Source of the DNA: Salinimicrobium terrae DSM 17865
GTDB lineage: Bacteria > Bacteroidota > Bacteroidia > Flavobacteriales > Flavobacteriaceae
Direction: 5' to 3'
Assembly (NCBI RefSeq): GCF_000424665.1
Contig: NZ_AUKI01000020.1
Coordinates: 263,644 to 287,643, forward strand
Length of the DNA: 24,000 nucleotides
The notes beneath the pieces were generated by a model, which ran no database searches, was not told the DNA's origin, and saw only the letters and a list, made by a program, of their open reading frames with translations. A program made the translations under genes and the position numbers. Positions 18,491 through 24,000 of the stretch are shown in pieces (the stretch's first letter is position 1; each line of letters starts with the position of its first letter).

Positions 18491-19122
18491 AATTGTGTCT
18501 CTGAAAATTGTTTGTTAATTTCCTGAAGTACTTTTTCGGGTTGCGGATGAGTGGTTAGCCACCCGGAAACTGCCACTCCGTGCACCCCTATTTCAGCCAA
18601 CGCGGGAATGTCGCTTGGCGTTATCCCGCCAATGGCAATGACCGGAATTGATGTTCCGCCGGCACTAAGGCTGCTTAGCAGCTTCCGGTAACTTTCTGCT
18701 CCCAATACGGGGCTGAGGTTCTTCTTGGTGGTTGTAAAGCGGAAAGGACCCAGGCCAATATAATCTACCTCTTTTTCACAAAGGCTTTCGCAATCCTCAA
18801 GCGTGTTTGCGGTTCCTCCAATGATCTTATCCGGCCCCAGGAGTTTTCTGGCTTCCAAAGGGCAGCTGTCTTCTTTTCCTAAATGAACGCCTGCGGCATT
18901 CACCTTTTTTGCTACCTCCGGAAAGTCATTAATGATCAGTTTCACCTGGAACTTTTCACAAATTTTTTTTGCTGATTTTGCTGTTTCAAGGACCGTCTCA
19001 AAAGATTCATTTTTGAGGCGCAACTGAACCCAGTCTGCCCCGGCGGCACATATCCTGCGAATGTTTTCCAGGTGTTCTGCGGGCGTTTCTCCCTGTGATA
19101 TATAGTGTAAGTTGGAGATCAT
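18487..19122 (-). CDS. thiE: Thiamine-phosphate synthase ThiE
   Basis: LHYISQG..., VQLRLK, GVHLG and IAIGGI motifs, with 4-nt overlaps to both neighbours. Confidence 0.9.
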   Translation of the reverse strand: MISNLHYISQGETPAEHLENIRRICAAGADWVQLRLKNESFETVLETAKSAKKICEKFQVKLIINDFPEVAKKVNAAGVHLGKEDSCPLEARKLLGPDKIIGGTANTLEDCESLCEKEVDYIGLGPFRFTTTKKNLSPVLGAESYRKLLSSLSAGGTSIPVIAIGGITPSDIPALAEIGVHGVAVSGWLTTHPQPEKVLQEINKQFSETQL

Positions 19123-19880
19123 ATGTTATGATATGCTAATAATGTTTTGTTTGATGCTAATACTTTCTCAATGTACTTTTTTGCTTTTCGGGTAGCCTCC
19201 GGAAGTGGATCACCCAAAGCCAAATGTGCTGCAAGTGCTGAGGATAAAACGCATCCGCTACCGTGCTTTTCTGAACAATTGGTTCGTCCCGGCTTAAAGC
19301 TCAAGGTTGCTCCTTCTGTGGTAAACAGTTCGTCCAGTCCAAGTGCATCCGGTCGGTGTCCTCCCTTTAGATACAAATTGGTTTTGCTGCTTATTTTCCG
19401 GATCGTTTCTTCCATAGGCAATTCAGGATAAAATAGTTGCAACTCCTCAAAGTTCGGCGTGACTACAAAAACCTTTTCGAGAATGGATTCGAAATTCTTC
19501 TGAAAATCTTTTGGTTCCTGAAATGAGAATCCGCTACTGGATTTTAAAACCGGGTCCCAAATGATCCTGATGCTTTGGTTTTTAACCAGCAGTTTGTCGA
19601 TCACTTTATACAAAACCTGAAGGTTTTCCACAATTCCGATTTTCACAACCTCTACAGGAAATCTTTCCAGTAAAAGTTCCAGTTGCTGAAGGATAATACC
19701 TTCAGAAGTCCAGTGACAGGCTTCAAATTTTTTATCATTCTGAATCGTATTTGCAGTGTTTACCGCCAATCCATAACATTCCAGGCTTTCAAAGGTCTTG
19801 ACATCAGCCAGCAATCCGGCTCCGCCGGAGGGATCAAATCCGGCAATGCTTAAAACAAACGGTCTTTTAGTGGTAAACAT
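19119..19880 (-). CDS. thiD: Hydroxymethylpyrimidine/phosphomethylpyrimidine kinase ThiD
   Basis: VLSIAGFDPSGGAGLLADVKT and GSGCVLSSALAAHLALG motifs. I place the start at the internal MFTTKRP (19880) rather than the longest ORF (19931), which reduces the overlap with the upstream gene to 14 nt. Confidence 0.9.
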   Translation of the reverse strand: MFTTKRPFVLSIAGFDPSGGAGLLADVKTFESLECYGLAVNTANTIQNDKKFEACHWTSEGIILQQLELLLERFPVEVVKIGIVENLQVLYKVIDKLLVKNQSIRIIWDPVLKSSSGFSFQEPKDFQKNFESILEKVFVVTPNFEELQLFYPELPMEETIRKISSKTNLYLKGGHRPDALGLDELFTTEGATLSFKPGRTNCSEKHGSGCVLSSALAAHLALGDPLPEATRKAKKYIEKVLASNKTLLAYHNI

Positions 19881-20463
19881 TTCTGTACTCTTTATAGATT
19901 TCAGTAAAAACCTTGTCTCTGTTTTCATCAAGCCATACGGCTCCCAATACTGCTACTCCCGCATATCCCAATTCTTTTGCTTTCGTAATATTATCGGTTT
20001 CAATTCCGCCTAAAGCGATCACTTTGTGTTGCACATTTTCTACATTAAAAGCCCGTCCCTTATGACCAGTTTTGGAAACTGAATTAAACACCGGACTCAA
20101 AAAGACATGATCAAATGCCGAAGCTTCATTTTTCAGCTGTTCCAGATCGTGAAATGAAGAACTCACCGTAAAGCCATCCGATTTATACTGCTGTATATAT
20201 TCAGCTAAATCTTTCTTTTTGCTTCGGCAGCTTTCCTTCAAATGAATACCTTTTACCGGAAAAATTTCAGCTAAATGATGATGTTGATGAAGTATCATTC
20301 TTTGAAGGTATTTTTCTTCAAATCGTGATAACCATAACTTCAGTTCTTCTTCCGTCATTCGCGGTTTGCGAACGTGTAAAAGGGGCAGCCCATTCTCAAA
20401 AAAGTGAATGAGCTGTTCCTTTTCATCACCTTGGCTTTCTTCCGAAGTAAAAAGAATCAGCAT
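19867..20463 (-). CDS. Second ThiE/TenI-family protein, a divergent thiamine-phosphate synthase paralogue
   Basis: A 198-aa TIM-barrel-like protein with LHVRKP, GIHL and IALGGI motifs resembling ThiE/TenI but divergent. It sits between thiC and thiD. Confidence 0.65.
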   Translation of the reverse strand: MLILFTSEESQGDEKEQLIHFFENGLPLLHVRKPRMTEEELKLWLSRFEEKYLQRMILHQHHHLAEIFPVKGIHLKESCRSKKKDLAEYIQQYKSDGFTVSSSFHDLEQLKNEASAFDHVFLSPVFNSVSKTGHKGRAFNVENVQHKVIALGGIETDNITKAKELGYAGVAVLGAVWLDENRDKVFTEIYKEYRNVYH

Positions 20464-20475
20464 CTGGATTTCCGT

Positions 20476-22344
<1,869 letters not shown>

Positions 22345-22392
22345 TTAATGTTGATAACTTCTGGCTTCCGGAAAAATTCTTCCGAAGCAATT

Positions 22393-22596
22393 TTATCCTC
22401 CCTGAGTGGCCCTGATAATAAGTACGTTTTCACCTTCGGCCAGTTCACGCCGGGTCCAGTCGCTTTTAGAAATAATCTGATTATTGACAGCAACAGCAAT
22501 CCCTTTTTCAGAAATGTTGAGCTGGGTCAACAGGTCCTGAAGGTTGGATGGTGAATTAAAATTGTGGGCGGTGTTGTTTACGTTTACAGTTATCAT
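22393..22596 (-). CDS. thiS: Sulfur-carrier protein ThiS
   Basis: A 67-aa product, MITVNVNN...IIRATQGG, ending in the diagnostic GG. The listed 122-aa ORF reads through the riboswitch upstream and is not the real gene. Confidence 0.85.
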   Translation of the reverse strand: MITVNVNNTAHNFNSPSNLQDLLTQLNISEKGIAVAVNNQIISKSDWTRRELAEGENVLIIRATQGG

Positions 22597-22704
22597 TGTT
22601 TTGAAATTTATAGCTGTAAACTGCAGGGGAATTCCCAAAAGAAAAAGTAAATACAAACCAGAATTCTTCCAAAACGGAATTATGGCAGAAAATATGTAGA
22701 TAAC

Positions 22705-22787
22705 ACTTTTCCCTTCGCGGGTATTAACCGGATCAGGTTCAAAGGGTTTTATCTCAGCCAATTTTTAAAAATCAGCACCCCTAAAGT
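22705..22787 (-). ncRNA. TPP (THI-box) riboswitch aptamer
   Basis: The minus strand reads ACTTTAGGGGTGC...GGCTGAGATAAAACCCTTTGAACCTGATCCGGTTAATACCCGCGAAGGGAAAAGT. All signature elements are present: GGGGUGC, CUGAGA, ACCCUUUGAACCUGAUC and GGGAA. P1 is ACTTT/AAAGT. Confidence 0.9.
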
Positions 22788-22796
22788 TTACGTTTT

Positions 22797-22804
22797 CAAA
22801 TGTA
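22797..22804 (-). promoter_or_regulatory. Candidate -7 promoter box for the thi operon
   Basis: The minus strand reads TACATTTG (TAnnTTTG) and ends 9 nt upstream of riboswitch P1. Confidence 0.45.
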
Positions 22805-22944
22805 AAGGAATTTTATTGGGAAATAAAAATTTATCCTGATCCTGATACACTTTTTATGATTCGTACGAATATTTACATATCATAGATAGAGTATAGCAGA
22901 GTGTCGAACTGTAGACATTCTTTTCGTATCCCGATTTTTCTCTC

Positions 22945-24000
22945 CTAACTTTTTTGAGCTTCTATTTTTTCTTTCAACAGCAGCATATCTGAACTCACTT
23001 TAGTCTCCAGGACACGAGCGTAGATCTGCGTTGTTGAAAGTTTGGTGTGGCCAAGAAGTTTTGAGACTGTTTCAATAGGGACTCCATTCGACAAGGTAAT
23101 GGTCGTTGCGAATGTATGTCGGGCAGAATGAAAAGTGATGGTCTTCCGGATATTTAATTGCTCCATAATCTCTTTCAAATATTTATTCACCTTCTGGTTT
23201 GAAAAGACTGGGAACAGGGTTTCAGAATTGGGATTATCATTTTCTTTTAAATAAAAAGAAAGAATCTCCTGAGCTTTAGGTAAAAGTGGAACTTTTACCG
23301 TTTCATTTGTTTTTTGCCGTTTGGTATAGATCCAGTTGATACCATCAATACCCTTGGCGATTTGATCAGGAACTAATTCTTTAATATCTACATAAGAAAG
23401 ACCACAGTAACAGGAGAAAATAAAAATATCTTTTACCTTTTCTAAAGAAGATCGGGTAAAAGTTGTAGCCTCCAGAATTTCCAGTTCCCGTTTTGACAAA
23501 TACTGCCTCTCATATTTCTCAAATCTAAATTTGAAGCTGTCAGAAGGATTTTTTGTCATCCACCCTATCTTAACCGCGAGGTTGAGCATTTTCTTTAGCC
23601 GCTCCAAATGCTTCATGGTACCATTGTTTCCACAAGTTTTCCGGCTGATTTTGGCAGAATAGGTTCTCAAGAAGTTTTAAAAATCGGTAATGAACCGGTA
23701 GTTTATCTCGTTTAGATGAAGATCATTTGTCTTTTTTTCTTTTTGCAGGAATTCTTTAAGATAGTTTTCTGTAGTTCCGTAGTTCTTAAGGGTTCCCTTC
23801 TTAAGAATAGTTTTCATATGAGTATCATGGTATTTAAGAAGTTCCAGAAGGCTCTTATGTTCTTTATCATTTCCTAGATACCGTGCTTTAATTTTTAAGG
23901 CAGAAACCTTCTTATTTTCAGAGCAAAGCTGTTTGTGGCATTCCATGAGTCTAGTATAAACCTGGTCTAAGTACTGGTTTAAAACTCGTACGTCTTGTCC
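22945..24000 (-). pseudogene. Tyrosine recombinase (IntDOT-like integrase) with one in-frame TAA; the N terminus lies beyond the window
   Basis: ORFs 23946-23677 and 23670-22945 share a frame and are separated only by the TAA at 23679-23677 (...RFITDF*NFLRTYSAK...). The frame stays open from 23946 to the window edge (GQDVRVLNQYLDQVYTRLMECHK...). The catalytic HSARHTF, LLGHTKLSTTQIY and GLSYVD motifs are present. Confidence 0.8.

Noticed and set aside
19867-19931. A 65-nt overlap between the ThiE-like gene and thiD
   Set aside because: It is resolved by using the internal start MFTTKRPFVLSIAGFD at 19880. The N-terminal 17 residues of the longest ORF are not ThiD-like.
22393-22761. A 122-aa ORF presented as a single protein
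   Set aside because: Its N-terminal 55 codons translate the TPP riboswitch and leader. Only the last 67 codons (MITVNVNN...QGG) form ThiS.

Overview
This looks like a chromosomal window from a Bacteroidota, probably Flavobacteriia-like, genome. That placement is a soft inference from gene content, lipoprotein-type signal peptides and TAnnTTTG promoter boxes.

Layout, left to right:
- **1-3.2 kb:** a 5'-truncated arsM, then a GH97 alpha-glucosidase.
- **3.3-8.8 kb:** an AlgE-like porin, followed by what I consider the most interesting block. A TPR/beta-barrel outer-membrane protein converges on a tightly coupled three-gene operon: a receiver domain, a membrane-anchored HEAT-like protein and a processive GT2 synthase. 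Together they resemble a minimal, uncharacterised synthase-dependent exopolysaccharide system.
- **9.0-10.8 kb:** a DAG-kinase-family lipid kinase and surE.
- **11.0-15.5 kb:** a gene-poor, AT-rich zone that appears to be decaying. It holds two lipoprotein genes with a duplicated leader and signal-peptide cassette, both frame-disrupted at poly-A tracts. It also holds an apparently complete group II intron (about 1,989 nt) with an intact RT/maturase, a short unclassified repeat family, twin palindromes and a small ORF.
- **15.5-22.8 kb:** a complete thiamine operon on the minus strand (TPP riboswitch-thiS-thiC-thiE/tenI-like-thiD-thiE-thiG-thiH-thiF).
- **22.9-24.0 kb:** an IntDOT-like tyrosine integrase interrupted by one in-frame TAA, running off the right edge.

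All family assignments come from motif recognition by eye. No searches were run.
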